Assembly: GCA_963664305.2 (NCBI GenBank)
Contig: CAXXLV010000002.1
Span: 1,472,001 to 1,536,000 of the forward strand
Direction of reading: 5' to 3'
DNA length: 64,000 nt
Source of the DNA: an uncultured Aliarcobacter sp.
GTDB taxonomy: Bacteria > Campylobacterota > Campylobacteria > Campylobacterales > Arcobacteraceae
The notes beneath the pieces are model-generated. The model was not told where the DNA came from. It saw only the letters and a list, made by a program, of their open reading frames with translations, and did not search any database. Below are positions 52,008 through 63,900 of this stretch, one piece after another (the stretch's first letter is position 1; every line of letters starts with the position of its first letter). The position numbers and the translations under genes are program-made.

Positions 52008-52419
52008 TAACTGTAGCAGAAGTTACATTTTCACTTGAATAAATGTTTGAGAAGTTTGCTTGTAATTTAGCAGAAAATGCTTCTGTATTTTCTACGTTCA
52101 TTAATTTTGCAACTGTTTGTAATGTTTCACCATGACCAGCTGAAATATCTAAAGCTAATTCGTCCATATTTTCAGCAACAAATTTATTTAATTTGTCATT
52201 TGATACAAAGTTTGAAGGTTTGTCACAATTTGAAGTACCACTTGTAATACCAAAAGTTTGGTTACCTGAAGTTCCATTTGTTGTAGCAGCTAATACTTGT
52301 AATACTACTGTGTTTTGATTTTTAATAACTAAAGAACCAAGTCCACATCCTGTATTTTCATTTGCATAAACTGAAGCTGTTAAACCAAGTGCAGCCACTA
52401 AACCAATAATTTTTTTCAT
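51982..52419 (-). CDS. DUF3015 family exported protein
   Basis: Signal peptide; TGCGLGS, TTNGTSGNQTFGITSGTSNC, LALDISAGHGETL. Confidence 0.88.
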   Translation of the reverse strand: MKKIIGLVAALGLTASVYANENTGCGLGSLVIKNQNTVVLQVLAATTNGTSGNQTFGITSGTSNCDKPSNFVSNDKLNKFVAENMDELALDISAGHGETLQTVAKLMNVENTEAFSAKLQANFSNIYSSENVTSATVIDSIAKYM

Positions 52420-52488
52420 ATTGTCTCCTTTTAAGTTTGATTGATTTTATTATTTCTAAAGTAAATCTCTTCTTAAAAAATAACAATT

Positions 52489-53886
52489 TTAATATTTGTT
52501 TGTTATTTTCTCTACAATTTCTTCTTTTGATAAATTTTCATCAATTTGTAAGTCAAAAGCAAACTCTAAAATCTCTTTAAATTCTTTTGAAGGTTTATAA
52601 CCTAAAGCTATCAAATCTCTTCCTTGAACTAAAGGTTTTATTGGCTCATTGTGAATACTTAACTCTTTTGCTTTTTGTAAAATCCAATTAATTGCTTCAT
52701 AACATTTACATTTATCATCTAAATCTCTTCCTAAACAATCAGCCAAACAAACCAAACATAAATCTTCAATATTAACTTTTAAAGAGAGCCTTTTTACAGC
52801 TTTTTCACTTGAATGTGATAAATATAACTGAAAAGGAATAAGATGATTTTTTACTAAAGAACAAACTATTTCGATAAATTTTTTTTCATTTGTTAATTTT
52901 TCTAAAAAAGAGATTGTTGGGTCTATTCCTAAAGATTCATGTTTATATGAAGTAATTTTTCCATTTATCTCTTTTGTACAAAATGGTTTTCCAAAGTCAT
53001 GACACAAAACTGCATAAAAAAGATATAGTTTTTTATACTCATCTTCTATTTTTTCTTTTTCTAAAATCTTTGCTAATTCATCTAAGCACATTAAAGTATG
53101 AATCCAAACATCACCTTCTGGATGATATTCAGGCTCTTGTTCACAATTTATCAAAACTTCTAATTCAGGAAAATATTTTAATAATCCTAATTCTCTTAAA
53201 AGTTCAAATCCAATTGAAGGTTTATTTGATTTTAAAAATAGTTTTTTAAACTCTTCATAAATTCTCTCTTTTGGTAAATATGAAAGTTCATCTCTTAAAA
53301 CTATTTTTTTACATAAATCTTTTGTTTTTTCATCTATATCAAACTCAAATCTAGCTGCAAATTGAATTGCCCTATAAACTCGTAAGCTATCTTCAATAAA
53401 AGTTTTATCATTTATATGTTTGATTATTCTATTTTTTAAATCATCTATTCCATTAAAGGGGTCAATAAATTCATCTTTAAAATAATCATATCCTATTGCA
53501 TTTATTGTAAAATCTCTTCTTATTGCTGCTTCTTCAAAACTCAGATTTGAATTTGTTATAACTTCAAAATCAGTATGAGAGTTTCCAACTTTTTTTTCAA
53601 TTCTTGGAAGGGCAAAATCAAAATCGTAACCTTCAACTTTTAAAGTCAAAATTCCAAAAGATTTTCCAACAAGTTTAACATTTCCAAATTTTTTTAATGA
53701 AATTTCAAGTAATTCAAGAGAGTCAAAATCAAAGATTTCTATATCAAAATCTTTAACTTCTTTATTTAAAAAATAATCACGTACACAACCACCTACAAGA
53801 ATTGGACGAGCTCCTAATTCTTGTAAACTTACTAATATATCAATTAAGATTTTTGGTATATTAATCTTTGTTGTGATGGTAAACAT
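52489..53886 (-). CDS. cca: CCA tRNA nucleotidyltransferase with HD domain
   Basis: LVGGCVRD, KDFDIE, RRDFTINA, EDSLRVYRA, YHPEGDVWIHT, LCHDFGKP; likely ATG 53886. Confidence 0.92.
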   Translation of the reverse strand: MFTITTKINIPKILIDILVSLQELGARPILVGGCVRDYFLNKEVKDFDIEIFDFDSLELLEISLKKFGNVKLVGKSFGILTLKVEGYDFDFALPRIEKKVGNSHTDFEVITNSNLSFEEAAIRRDFTINAIGYDYFKDEFIDPFNGIDDLKNRIIKHINDKTFIEDSLRVYRAIQFAARFEFDIDEKTKDLCKKIVLRDELSYLPKERIYEEFKKLFLKSNKPSIGFELLRELGLLKYFPELEVLINCEQEPEYHPEGDVWIHTLMCLDELAKILEKEKIEDEYKKLYLFYAVLCHDFGKPFCTKEINGKITSYKHESLGIDPTISFLEKLTNEKKFIEIVCSLVKNHLIPFQLYLSHSSEKAVKRLSLKVNIEDLCLVCLADCLGRDLDDKCKCYEAINWILQKAKELSIHNEPIKPLVQGRDLIALGYKPSKEFKEILEFAFDLQIDENLSKEEIVEKITNKY

Positions 53887-54721
53887 CTTGTTGTGGATAA
53901 GGAATAGTGATTCCTTCTTTATCAAATGTTGTTTTAATAGATTCAGTTAATCCAAATTTTACATCCCAATAATCAGATGTATTAACCCAAGCTCTAACTA
54001 CAAAATTAACTGAAGAATCAGCAAGTTCTGAAACTGCAACTGTAATTCCTTTATCAAGTATTACTTTTTCATTTGAAGAGATAATTGAAGTTAAAATATC
54101 TTTTGCTTTTTTAATATCATCATCATATGAAATTCCAACAACTAAATCAACTCTTCTTGTATCAAGTGCATTTACATTTGTAATTGTTCCACTTGTAATT
54201 GCGCCATTTGGAACTATAATTTTTTGATTATCACCTGTAATAAAAACTGAATTAAAGATTCCTACTTCACTTACACTTCCTGTAACTCCAGCAGCTGTTA
54301 CTAAATCTCCAACTTTAAAAGGTTTAAATAAAATAATCATAACACCAGAAGCAAAGTTTCCAAGTGAATCTTTTAAAGCTAAACCAATAGCAAGACCAGC
54401 AGCTCCTAAAATAGCTAAAAATGATGTTGTTTCAACTCCAAGTTTTCCTAAAGCAGTTAGCAGTACAACTATCATTAAAGCGTAATAAACAATATTCTCT
54501 AAAAATTTAATTAGAGTTTCATCCATACCTTTTACTTTTCGTAAAACTTTTCCAAGTAATTTAACTACTTTATTTACTGCCCATTTTCCAATAACAAATA
54601 TTAAAAGAGCCATTAATAAAGAAAAAGCATAACTAGCAACTATTTCAACAATATTATCAGGAATATATGATTTTATATCCTTTGTTATTACTTCAATATT
54701 TTTTTCTAATTCTTTTTCCAA
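53861..54721 (-). CDS. mscS: Small-conductance mechanosensitive channel
   Basis: GAAGLAIGLAL..SLGNFASG..KPFKVGD, IIVPNG, ITIPYPQ. Confidence 0.95.
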   Translation of the reverse strand: MEKELEKNIEVITKDIKSYIPDNIVEIVASYAFSLLMALLIFVIGKWAVNKVVKLLGKVLRKVKGMDETLIKFLENIVYYALMIVVLLTALGKLGVETTSFLAILGAAGLAIGLALKDSLGNFASGVMIILFKPFKVGDLVTAAGVTGSVSEVGIFNSVFITGDNQKIIVPNGAITSGTITNVNALDTRRVDLVVGISYDDDIKKAKDILTSIISSNEKVILDKGITVAVSELADSSVNFVVRAWVNTSDYWDVKFGLTESIKTTFDKEGITIPYPQQDVYHHNKD

Positions 54722-54731
54722 ATTTAACTCC

Positions 54732-56453
54732 TTACTTAGTTAATTCGATTATTTTTCCTAAAACATCTTCAACTTTTACATCGATTTTTTCTAATGTTTT
54801 TCTATCAACAATTTCTACAAAACCTTCAGCTAATTTTTTCCCAATTACAACTGCATAAGGGAACCCTAAAAGTTCAAAATCACTCATTTTAAAACCAAAT
54901 CTAGCATTTATTCTATCATCTAAAATTGTACTAATTCCAGCATGTTTTAGTTTGTTGTAAAGCTCTTCTCCAACTTGTGCTTCATCCTCTTTTTTAGAGT
55001 TTGAAACAATAATATCTACCATAAATGGAGTTGTTGCTTTCGTCCAAATACAACCTTTATCATCGTGGTTTTGCTCAATTACAGCAGCTACTAGTCTTGA
55101 AACTCCAATTCCATAACATCCCATAACAAATGGTTTTGCTTTTCCATTTTCATCTAAAAAGTTTGCATTCATAGCTGCTGAATATTTTGTTCCTAATTGG
55201 AAAATATGCCCTGCTTCAATTCCTTTTGTATATGAAAGTTTTCCACCACAACAAGCGCAATTATTTCCCTCTTGAACAGCTACTAAATCAAAATATTTAA
55301 CATCTTTTAGAGTTGATAAATCTGTATTTACCAAGTGATAGTGTTCTTCATTAGCTCCACAAGCAAGTCCAATTTCATCTTTTATTTCAAAATCAACGAT
55401 AAAATTTATATTTGAAGGAAGATTAAATGGTCCACAATAACCAGCAACTAATCCAGCTTCTTTTATATCATCTTCAGTTGCATCAATTAATTCTAAAGCA
55501 TTAACAGCATTGCAAGCTTTTGTTTCTTCAAGCTCATCATCACCTCTTACAAAAAATACAACTATTTGAGTTTTTTCTTCAAAAATAGCTCTTTTTATAA
55601 CTGCTTTGATTGTTTGAGCTTTTGAGATACTTAAGAAGTTCGAAACTTCTTCAATAGTTTTTAAATCTTGTGTTAAAACTTTTTCCATTGAAGCAGGTGT
55701 ATTTGTATTTTCAAACCAAGCTGTAAAATGTCTTGGTTTTCTAGTAGCTGCTTCAATATTAGCTCCATAATCACAAGAATCACAAATAACAATTGTATCT
55801 TCACCTGAATCTGCAATTACGTGAAATTCTTTTGAACCACTTCCACCAATTGCTCCTGAATCAGCTGCAACAACTCTAAAATCTAAACCTAATTTTGTAT
55901 AAATTTTTTTATAAGTTGCTTCCATATGATTAAATTCTCGAACTAAATCTTCTTCGCTTGAATGGAAAGAATATCCATCTTTCATCAAGAACTCTCTTCC
56001 TCTCATAAGCCCAAATCTAGGTCTTGCTTCATCTCTAAATTTTGTATTTATTTGATAAAGATGAACTGGTAAATCTTTATATGAAGTAATTCTATTTTTT
56101 ACCATATTTACAACAGCTTCTTCATTTGTTGGACTTAATACAAACTCACCATTTTTTCTATCTTTAAATCGAAGCATTTCTGCTCCCATAGTTGTAGCTC
56201 GCCCTGATTCTTGCCATAATGATAAAGGTGTTACAAAACCAAATTGAACTTCATTTGCACCAGCTTCATCCATCTCTTCTTTTACAATTGCTCTAATTTT
56301 GTCTAAAACAATTTTTCCTAAAGGCATAAAATCATAAATTCCAGCTCCAGTTTGAGCAATAAATCCACCTCTTAATAAATATTGATGAGATGGTAATGTT
56401 GCATCATTTGGTGTCTCTTTTGTTGTTGGAATAAACATTTTACTAAATTTCAT
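54732..56453 (-). CDS. proS: Proline--tRNA ligase
   Basis: [47 protein letters not shown]. Confidence 0.99.
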   Translation of the reverse strand: MKFSKMFIPTTKETPNDATLPSHQYLLRGGFIAQTGAGIYDFMPLGKIVLDKIRAIVKEEMDEAGANEVQFGFVTPLSLWQESGRATTMGAEMLRFKDRKNGEFVLSPTNEEAVVNMVKNRITSYKDLPVHLYQINTKFRDEARPRFGLMRGREFLMKDGYSFHSSEEDLVREFNHMEATYKKIYTKLGLDFRVVAADSGAIGGSGSKEFHVIADSGEDTIVICDSCDYGANIEAATRKPRHFTAWFENTNTPASMEKVLTQDLKTIEEVSNFLSISKAQTIKAVIKRAIFEEKTQIVVFFVRGDDELEETKACNAVNALELIDATEDDIKEAGLVAGYCGPFNLPSNINFIVDFEIKDEIGLACGANEEHYHLVNTDLSTLKDVKYFDLVAVQEGNNCACCGGKLSYTKGIEAGHIFQLGTKYSAAMNANFLDENGKAKPFVMGCYGIGVSRLVAAVIEQNHDDKGCIWTKATTPFMVDIIVSNSKKEDEAQVGEELYNKLKHAGISTILDDRINARFGFKMSDFELLGFPYAVVIGKKLAEGFVEIVDRKTLEKIDVKVEDVLGKIIELTK

Positions 56454-56481
56454 TGATTCTTTTCCTGTATTTAATTTATTT

Positions 56482-57780
56482 CTAGTTTTTTGCTAAATGG
56501 TCACATTTATATTTATTTCTTAAATTTGAATCGTTATTAAATCCAAACATATTTTGAACTGTTCCTACAACTAAATCGCACTCCATATTTTTTGAAATAT
56601 CTTTTAATTGTTTTGATGGTTGATGTAAATATTCAGTAATTACAGTTTGACAAAGTTTTCTAATATTTTCTTCATCACTTGCACTAATATATCCCTTTTT
56701 TATAGCATTTTTTACTTTTTTATCGATAATATCATTACCTTTTACATAAAGATTTTTTACTATTGGTTCAATTTCAAGTGATTTAAGCCATTCAAAAAAC
56801 TCTAGCGACATACGACTTACTATTCCATAAGCTGTTTTTGCTTGTTCTGCTCTTAAACTCATATTTTCATTTACTATATCTTGTAAATCATCAACTGAAA
56901 AAATCTCTAAATTATTTAACGAAATATTTTCATCAATATCTCTTGGAACTGCTATATCAAACCAGTATCTATTTATACTTGAACTTGGAGCATTATCTTT
57001 TGTGATTATTGGATAAGGAGCTGATGTTGCTGTTATCATAACTGGTGTTTTTGCTAGTAAGTTTGATAATTCACTATAAGGTTCTACATTTACATGAACT
57101 TCAAATGTAGTTGCTAAATTTTGAGCTTTTTTCATATCTCTACTAATAATTGTTACATCAAAACCTGAAGAAATAAGATGCTTAACAGTTAGTTCACTCA
57201 TTTCACCTGCACCAATTACTAAAGCTTTTACACCTTTTGTATTTCCAACTATATCTTTTGCTTTTGCAACTGCCGTTGAAGCTACAGAAACTGAACCTGT
57301 CCCTAAACTTGTTGCATTTCTTACTTGTGCAGCACATTTAAAAGCATAGTGCATTACTCTTGTAATATTTGAACTACAGTAACCTTTTGCTTGAGAGAAT
57401 CTAAAAGCATCTTTTAATTGACCAACAATTTGTGTTTCACCAATTACTAATGAATCAAGGGCAGATGCAACTGAAAACAGATGATGAACTGCTCCATCAT
57501 TATCGTAGATATCTGCTCTATCATATAAAAGTTCAAAATCAAGCCCAGAATAAGTTGCTAGTTTTTCTATAATATTTCTAGCACTTTGTTTTACATTTGA
57601 AGATCTAGTGATAATTTCAACTCTATTACATGTTGAAAGTAAAACTACCTCTTTTGTAGCTTCATTTTCTAAAATTTGTTTTATAAATCTCTCTTTATCT
57701 TCATCACTATTAAAAGCCAGTTTTTCTCTCATTTTTATATCAATATTTTTGTGAGAAAAACTAATTATTAAGTAACTCAT
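56482..57780 (-). CDS. hemA: Glutamyl-tRNA reductase
   Basis: [33 protein letters not shown]. Confidence 0.98.
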   Translation of the reverse strand: MSYLIISFSHKNIDIKMREKLAFNSDEDKERFIKQILENEATKEVVLLSTCNRVEIITRSSNVKQSARNIIEKLATYSGLDFELLYDRADIYDNDGAVHHLFSVASALDSLVIGETQIVGQLKDAFRFSQAKGYCSSNITRVMHYAFKCAAQVRNATSLGTGSVSVASTAVAKAKDIVGNTKGVKALVIGAGEMSELTVKHLISSGFDVTIISRDMKKAQNLATTFEVHVNVEPYSELSNLLAKTPVMITATSAPYPIITKDNAPSSSINRYWFDIAVPRDIDENISLNNLEIFSVDDLQDIVNENMSLRAEQAKTAYGIVSRMSLEFFEWLKSLEIEPIVKNLYVKGNDIIDKKVKNAIKKGYISASDEENIRKLCQTVITEYLHQPSKQLKDISKNMECDLVVGTVQNMFGFNNDSNLRNKYKCDHLAKN

Positions 57781-58679
57781 TAAAACTCTCTTTCAATCAT
57801 TGCTTTCATTATCATAACAAGAGTTTGGCTATCTTTTTCATCAATTACAGCACTAATTGCTTCATTCCCAATCTCTTTTGCTTGTAAAATTGAATCTTCT
57901 AAAGCTTTTGTTATTTTCATTTGTTCTTTAATCCAAGCGCTCTCTTCTGAACTTAACTCTTTTTTATATAATGAAGCAAGTTTAGTTTTGTCTTCAACTC
58001 TTTCATATAAAAATAAATATGGAATAGTTACTTTTCCTTCAACAAAATCAAGCATTGCTGGTTTTCCTAAAGTAGCACTATCTTGTGTAATATCTAAAAT
58101 ATCATCTACCATTTGAAAGGCAAGACCAAGATTTTTACCATAAAGTGCATATTTATTTTCATCTAATCCAGCTAAAATTGCAGCTGCTTTTGCACTTGCT
58201 TCTATTAAAGAAGCTGTTTTTTTATAAATCATATCAAGATATAAATCATAAGAAGTATTGAAACTTTCAGTTAAATCAACATCCATCATCTCACCAATAC
58301 TTAAAAGTGTTACAGCATTTGAGATTGTATATGCAACTCTTTTATCCATTTGAGAAAGTTCAGTAAATGCTCTTGAATACAAGATGTCTCCGAACATTAT
58401 AGAAGTTTTGTTATCGTAAAGTGCATTTACAGAAGGTTGACCTCGTCTAGTATCAGCTTCATCAATAACATCATCATGTAAAAGTGATGCTGCATGAATC
58501 ATCTCTACAATTGCACAAAGTTTAATGCTTTCTTCATTTACTCCTGCAATTTTTAGAATCAGTTTAGAACGCAACATTTTTCCTGTTGCTAATTTATCAA
58601 GTAACTCTAAACTTTTTTGATGATTACAAACATTTATAAACTCTTTTATTTGACTTTTAACTTGTTCTAACTCTTCCAC
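57780..58679 (-). CDS. ispB: Long-chain polyprenyl diphosphate synthase
   Basis: GKMLRS, ASLLHDDVIDEADTRRG, FQMVDDILD. Confidence 0.9.
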   Translation of the reverse strand: MEELEQVKSQIKEFINVCNHQKSLELLDKLATGKMLRSKLILKIAGVNEESIKLCAIVEMIHAASLLHDDVIDEADTRRGQPSVNALYDNKTSIMFGDILYSRAFTELSQMDKRVAYTISNAVTLLSIGEMMDVDLTESFNTSYDLYLDMIYKKTASLIEASAKAAAILAGLDENKYALYGKNLGLAFQMVDDILDITQDSATLGKPAMLDFVEGKVTIPYLFLYERVEDKTKLASLYKKELSSEESAWIKEQMKITKALEDSILQAKEIGNEAISAVIDEKDSQTLVMIMKAMIEREF

Positions 58680-58688
58680 ATCTAACCT

Positions 58689-58991
58689 TTATGAATCTAA
58701 TCTACAGATAATTTCACCAGTAAATTCAACATAAAGACCTTTTTTCATAGCTTTTACTTTTTGAGAATTTTCTAAAGTATACTCTTTGATAAATTCATTG
58801 ATATCAAAATTTTCATCTTTATCTTCACTAATTATCATTTCAAGTACAGCAAGTTTTTCTATAATTTTATCAATTTCATCTTCAACTACTTCTTTTGAAG
58901 CTTCTCTTGTTACATCAAAAAATTTTGATTTTGGGCTTCCCATAAATATATCATCTTCGTCTTCAGTAAACCATTCACTAAATATTGACAT
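58689..58991 (-). CDS. DUF2018 family protein
   Basis: DDIFMGSPKSKFFD motif; upstream of ispB-hemA-proS as in Campylobacterota. Confidence 0.8.
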   Translation of the reverse strand: MSIFSEWFTEDEDDIFMGSPKSKFFDVTREASKEVVEDEIDKIIEKLAVLEMIISEDKDENFDINEFIKEYTLENSQKVKAMKKGLYVEFTGEIICRLDS

Positions 58992-59000
58992 CTATTTTCC

Positions 59001-60296
59001 TTATTTATTTTCTAATCTAACTCTTACAGATTTAGCATGAGCTGTAAGACCTTCTGTATCTGCTAATAATGCACACGCTTCACCTAATTCATTTATAGCA
59101 TTTTTTGAGAAATTTATAATTGAACTTTTTTTCATAAAGTTTTCTACATTTAACGGACTATAAAACTTAGCTGTACTTCCTGTTGGAAGAGTATGATTTG
59201 GTCCAGCTATATAATCTCCGATTGGTTCAGGAGTGTTTTCACCTAAGAAAATTGCACCTGCATGCTTAATGTAAGGTAATAATTCAAAAGGATTTTGAGT
59301 CATAACCTCTAAGTGTTCAGGAGCTATTTCATTCATAAGTTCAATTGCTTCTTCCATATTTGAAGCAACAATTATTGCTCCTCGCTCATCTATTGATTTT
59401 CTAGCAATTGCTTCTCTACTTAAAGTTTTTAAGTACTCTTCAACTTCTTTACTAGTTAAGCTAGCAACTTCATCACAAGTTGTAATCATAATCGAACTTG
59501 CCATTTCATCATGTTCTGCTTGAGATAATAAATCAATTGCTAAATAATGAGGTTTTGCTGTTGCATCAGCTAAAATTCCTATTTCAGAAGGACCAGCTAT
59601 CATATCAATATTTACTTCGCCAAATACAAGTTTTTTTGCAGTTGCAACAAAGATATTTCCAGGACCTGTTATTACATCAACTTTAGGAATAGTTTGTGTT
59701 CCATAAGCCATTGCAGCAATTGCACTTGCCCCTCCAACTTTATAAACTTTTGAAACTTTACATAAGTGACAAGCAGCAAGTAAAAGTTCATTTACTTCAT
59801 TGTTTGGAGTTGGTGTACATACAACTATTTCTTTAACACCAGCAACGATTGCAGGAACTGCATTCATTAAAAGTGAGCTTGGATAAGCAGCTTTTCCACC
59901 AGGAATATAAAGTCCTGCTTTATCAACTGGAGTTACTTTTTGTCCTAAAATTGTTCCATTTGATTCAAAATCAAGCCAAGATTTTGGAAGTTGTTTTTCA
60001 TGATATGCTTTAATTCTATCATATGCTGTATGAAGAGCTTGTCTTAATTTTTCATCGATATTTTCATATGCTTTTTTCATATCATCTTGAGAAATTAATA
60101 ATTCATCATCTGATTTAACTTCCCATTTATCAAACTTTTCAATATGTCTTTTTAAAGCAACATTTCCTTCAGTTACTATTTCATCAATAATATTCATAAC
60201 TATCGATGAAACACCTTTTATATCACTTTTAGCTCTAGCTAAAATAGAATCAAATTCACTTTGAAAGTTTGTGTCTTTAGTATTTATTATTTTCAT
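59001..60296 (-). CDS. hisD: Histidinol dehydrogenase
   Basis: GLYIPGGKAAYPSS, DMIAGPSE, SQAEH, APEHL. Confidence 0.98.
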   Translation of the reverse strand: MKIINTKDTNFQSEFDSILARAKSDIKGVSSIVMNIIDEIVTEGNVALKRHIEKFDKWEVKSDDELLISQDDMKKAYENIDEKLRQALHTAYDRIKAYHEKQLPKSWLDFESNGTILGQKVTPVDKAGLYIPGGKAAYPSSLLMNAVPAIVAGVKEIVVCTPTPNNEVNELLLAACHLCKVSKVYKVGGASAIAAMAYGTQTIPKVDVITGPGNIFVATAKKLVFGEVNIDMIAGPSEIGILADATAKPHYLAIDLLSQAEHDEMASSIMITTCDEVASLTSKEVEEYLKTLSREAIARKSIDERGAIIVASNMEEAIELMNEIAPEHLEVMTQNPFELLPYIKHAGAIFLGENTPEPIGDYIAGPNHTLPTGSTAKFYSPLNVENFMKKSSIINFSKNAINELGEACALLADTEGLTAHAKSVRVRLENK

Positions 60297-60806
60297 TTAT
60301 ATTTTTCCTAAAATCTCTTTTACAATATCTTTTAAATCTTTATTTTCAACATCAACAACTATTTTTGCTACTTTTTCATAATCTTTAGCTCTTGAATTAT
60401 AAAGTTTTAAAGCTTCTTCCATATTTTGTAAAAGTGGTCTTTTTTTCAATTTATTTGCAGCATTTGGAGCACTATTTATTCTGTCTAGGATTCCTTGAAA
60501 TGATGATTTTAAATAAACAACCTTTCCTATTTTGTTTATATTTTCTTGCTTATAAAATCCACCACCAGTTGAAACAATTGTATTATTTACATTTTTTTCA
60601 AGCCATAAAGCAGTCTTTTTTTCTAAGTTTCTAAAATATGGTTCACCATCTTCTTCAAAAATTTTTTTGATTTTTCTGTTTTCCATACTTTCGATTAAAT
60701 CATCAGTATCAATTGCAAACATGTCAGATTTTTTAACTAATGCACGTGCAACTGTACCTTTACCAACACCCATAAAACCAATTAGTATAATATTATTCTT
60801 TTTCAT
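60297..60806 (-). CDS. aroK: Shikimate kinase
   Basis: LIGFMGVGKGT, DTD, GEPYFR, STGGG, KRPLL. Confidence 0.96.
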   Translation of the reverse strand: MKKNNIILIGFMGVGKGTVARALVKKSDMFAIDTDDLIESMENRKIKKIFEEDGEPYFRNLEKKTALWLEKNVNNTIVSTGGGFYKQENINKIGKVVYLKSSFQGILDRINSAPNAANKLKKRPLLQNMEEALKLYNSRAKDYEKVAKIVVDVENKDLKDIVKEILGKI

Positions 60807-60923
60807 AGTGGGGGATTATATCTAATTTATAGTAAATTTATATAGTGTATTAAAGTTTATTATTTCTAATTTTAATTTATTATGATAAAATAACTTTTTT
60901 ATAACCTCTAACATGGAAAAAAC

Positions 60924-63900
60924 ATGTCCTTAACTAAACTAATTTCTAAAGAAAATGATTCAATAAATTTTGATGTAACTTTACAAGAAATTTTAGATTC
61001 AATGATAAAAAACCATACTAAACATTTTGTTTTATTAAACAATAAAAAAGTGGTTGGAATCATTACAGAAAGGGATATTCTTTTTTTATATTCAAAACAT
61101 ATAGATTTAAATTCAAAAGCTATTAATTATGCAAATAAAATATTAATAACTACAAAAATAGATAGAAAAACTAATTATATTTTAGGACTGATGTTAAACC
61201 ATAAAGTTAGAAGAATAATTGTTTTAGATAATGAAAATAACTATTTAGGCACTATTTTACAAGAAAAACTTATTTATGAATTTGAACAAGATATTTTTAA
61301 AACAACAATTAAAGCAATTGACATTATTAGAGGTAAAGAAAAAGCTATTAGTATTCAAAAAGATGCAACGATTCAAAATGCTTTAGACATTATGAATGAA
61401 AAAAAAATTGGTTCAATTTTAGTATTTAATGATAATTCACCAATTGGAATTTTAACTGAAAGTGATGTTATAAATCTTGCTCAAAAACATGTGGATACAA
61501 CACTTATTATTAATCAATTTATGCAAAATAATCTTATTACTTTTAATTCTAATGAATCATTATTTCAAATAGTTAAAACCATGAGAGAAAAAGATATAAG
61601 AAGAGCTGTAATATTTGATAACATCTCTTTAAACTATTTTATAATCACTTCTAAAGAGATTTTAAATAATATAAAAGGGAACTACAATCTTTTTTTAGAA
61701 TCAAAACTAAAAGATGTAAAAAATACATTTAACTCTTTAAATGAAGCTGTAATTGAACTTTTTGATAATGATGAAGAACAAATTATTTATTGGTTTAATC
61801 AAAAAGCAAAAAATTTATTCCCAATCAAAGTTGATGAAAATATAACAAATTTAATTTCAAAAGCAAGATGGGATTTAATTTATAAAAAAATAAAATCAAA
61901 TGATTTTAAAGAAACTGAAATTATTGAAATTGGAGAAAATATTTTCCAATTAACTGTTATATACAGTGAAATTATGGATAATTCTATTATCAAACTTTTA
62001 TTCACAAATATTTCAGAAATTGCAAATAAAAATAGACAAATTGAAGATAATTTTAAATTTTTATTTGAAGAAGTTCCTTATGCTTATCAATCACTAAATC
62101 ATTTTGGAATTATTACAAATGTAAATAAAAAATGGTTAGAGTTAACTGGTTATGAAAAAAATGAAGTAATAGGTCAAAAATTTTCTCAATTTACAGATGA
62201 AAGTTTTGAAAAACTAAAAAGTTTATTTGCAAACTTTTTAAAAACAAAACATGTAGAAAATGAAAAAATCAAATTAAGAAAAAAAAATGGTGAAATAATT
62301 CTTGCTAGTTTTACAGGGAATATTTCTGAATTTAACGGTGAATTAAATACACATTGTATTTTTAAAGATATTACAGAAGAAGAAATCATCCAAAACAAAC
62401 TGAAACTTTCAGATATTGTTTTTGAAAATACAACAGAAGGTATCATAATTACAAATGAAAAAAAGGAAATTATTTCTGTAAATTATGCATTTACTGAAAT
62501 TACTGGTTACACTCTTGATGAAATAAAAGGGAAAAATCCCAAAATTTTAAAATCAGGAAGACATGAAAAAGATTTTTATACAAATCTTTGGGATTCTTTA
62601 GAAAAAAAAGGTTCCTATAAAGGTGAAATTTGGAATCGTAAAAAAAGTGGAGAGATTTATCCTGAGTGGTTAAATCTTAGCGTTGTAAAAGATACTAATG
62701 GAAAAATACTAAATTATGTTGCACTCTTTTCAGATATTACAAAAATAAAAAATTCAAATGCAAAAATAGAATTTTTGGCACATCATGACCCTTTGACAAA
62801 TCTTCCAAATAGACTTTTATTGAAAGCTAGATTAATAAAATCTATTGAAAAAGCCCATGAATTAAAACAAAGAATAGCCGTATTTTTTATAGATATTGAT
62901 AATTTTAAATTAATAAATGATACTTATGGTCACTCGATTGGAGATAAAATCATCAATCTTGTTGCAAGTAGATTACATAAAAATATTAGAAAAAATGACA
63001 CTATTTCAAGAATTGGTGGAGATGAATTTATTATTGTAATTGAAGATATTTTAGAAAATAAAGATATTGAAAGAATTGCAAAAAAGATTGTTAATGATTT
63101 TAAAGAATCTATACAATTGGAAGATTATATTTTTGATATAACTGTTAGTGTTGGGATTTCTATTTTCCCAAATAATGGTTTAAACGCAGAAGATTTGATA
63201 AAACATGCAGATACAGCAATGTATAGTGCAAAAAATGCAGGAAGAAATCAATATCAATTTTATAAAGATGAAATGACAAGTGAAATTTTTGAAAAAATCA
63301 TAATGAAACAAGAATTGGCTGAGGCTTTAAAAAATAATGAATTTGAAGTCTATTATCAACCACAAATTGATTTAAAAACAAATACTATTTTAGGAGCAGA
63401 AGCATTAATAAGATGGAATCATAAAACTTTAGGTGTTATATCTCCTGAAAATTTTATTCCATATGCGGAAGAATCAAAATTAATCATTCCTATTGGTGAA
63501 TTTGTCTTAAAAAAGGCTTGTAAGTTTATAAAAAAATTAAATGATTTACAAATATTAGATAATGGAATAGTTGCTGTAAATATTTCAAATATTCAAATAA
63601 AATATAGCCAACTTTTAAAATCTATTGTAAAAGTATTAGAAGATTCAAAATTAAGTCCAGAAAATTTGGAAATTGAATTAACAGAAAGTTATATTATGGA
63701 AGATGTTGAAGAGTCATTACTTGTTTTAGAAAATCTAAAAAATCTTGGTATAAAACTTGCAGTTGATGATTTTGGAACAGGTTATTCATCATTGAATTAT
63801 TTAAAATTATTCCCAATTGATAAACTAAAAATTGATAAATCATTCATAAAAGGTCTTCCTTCAAATAAAAAAGATATTGCAATAGCAAGAACAATAATAG

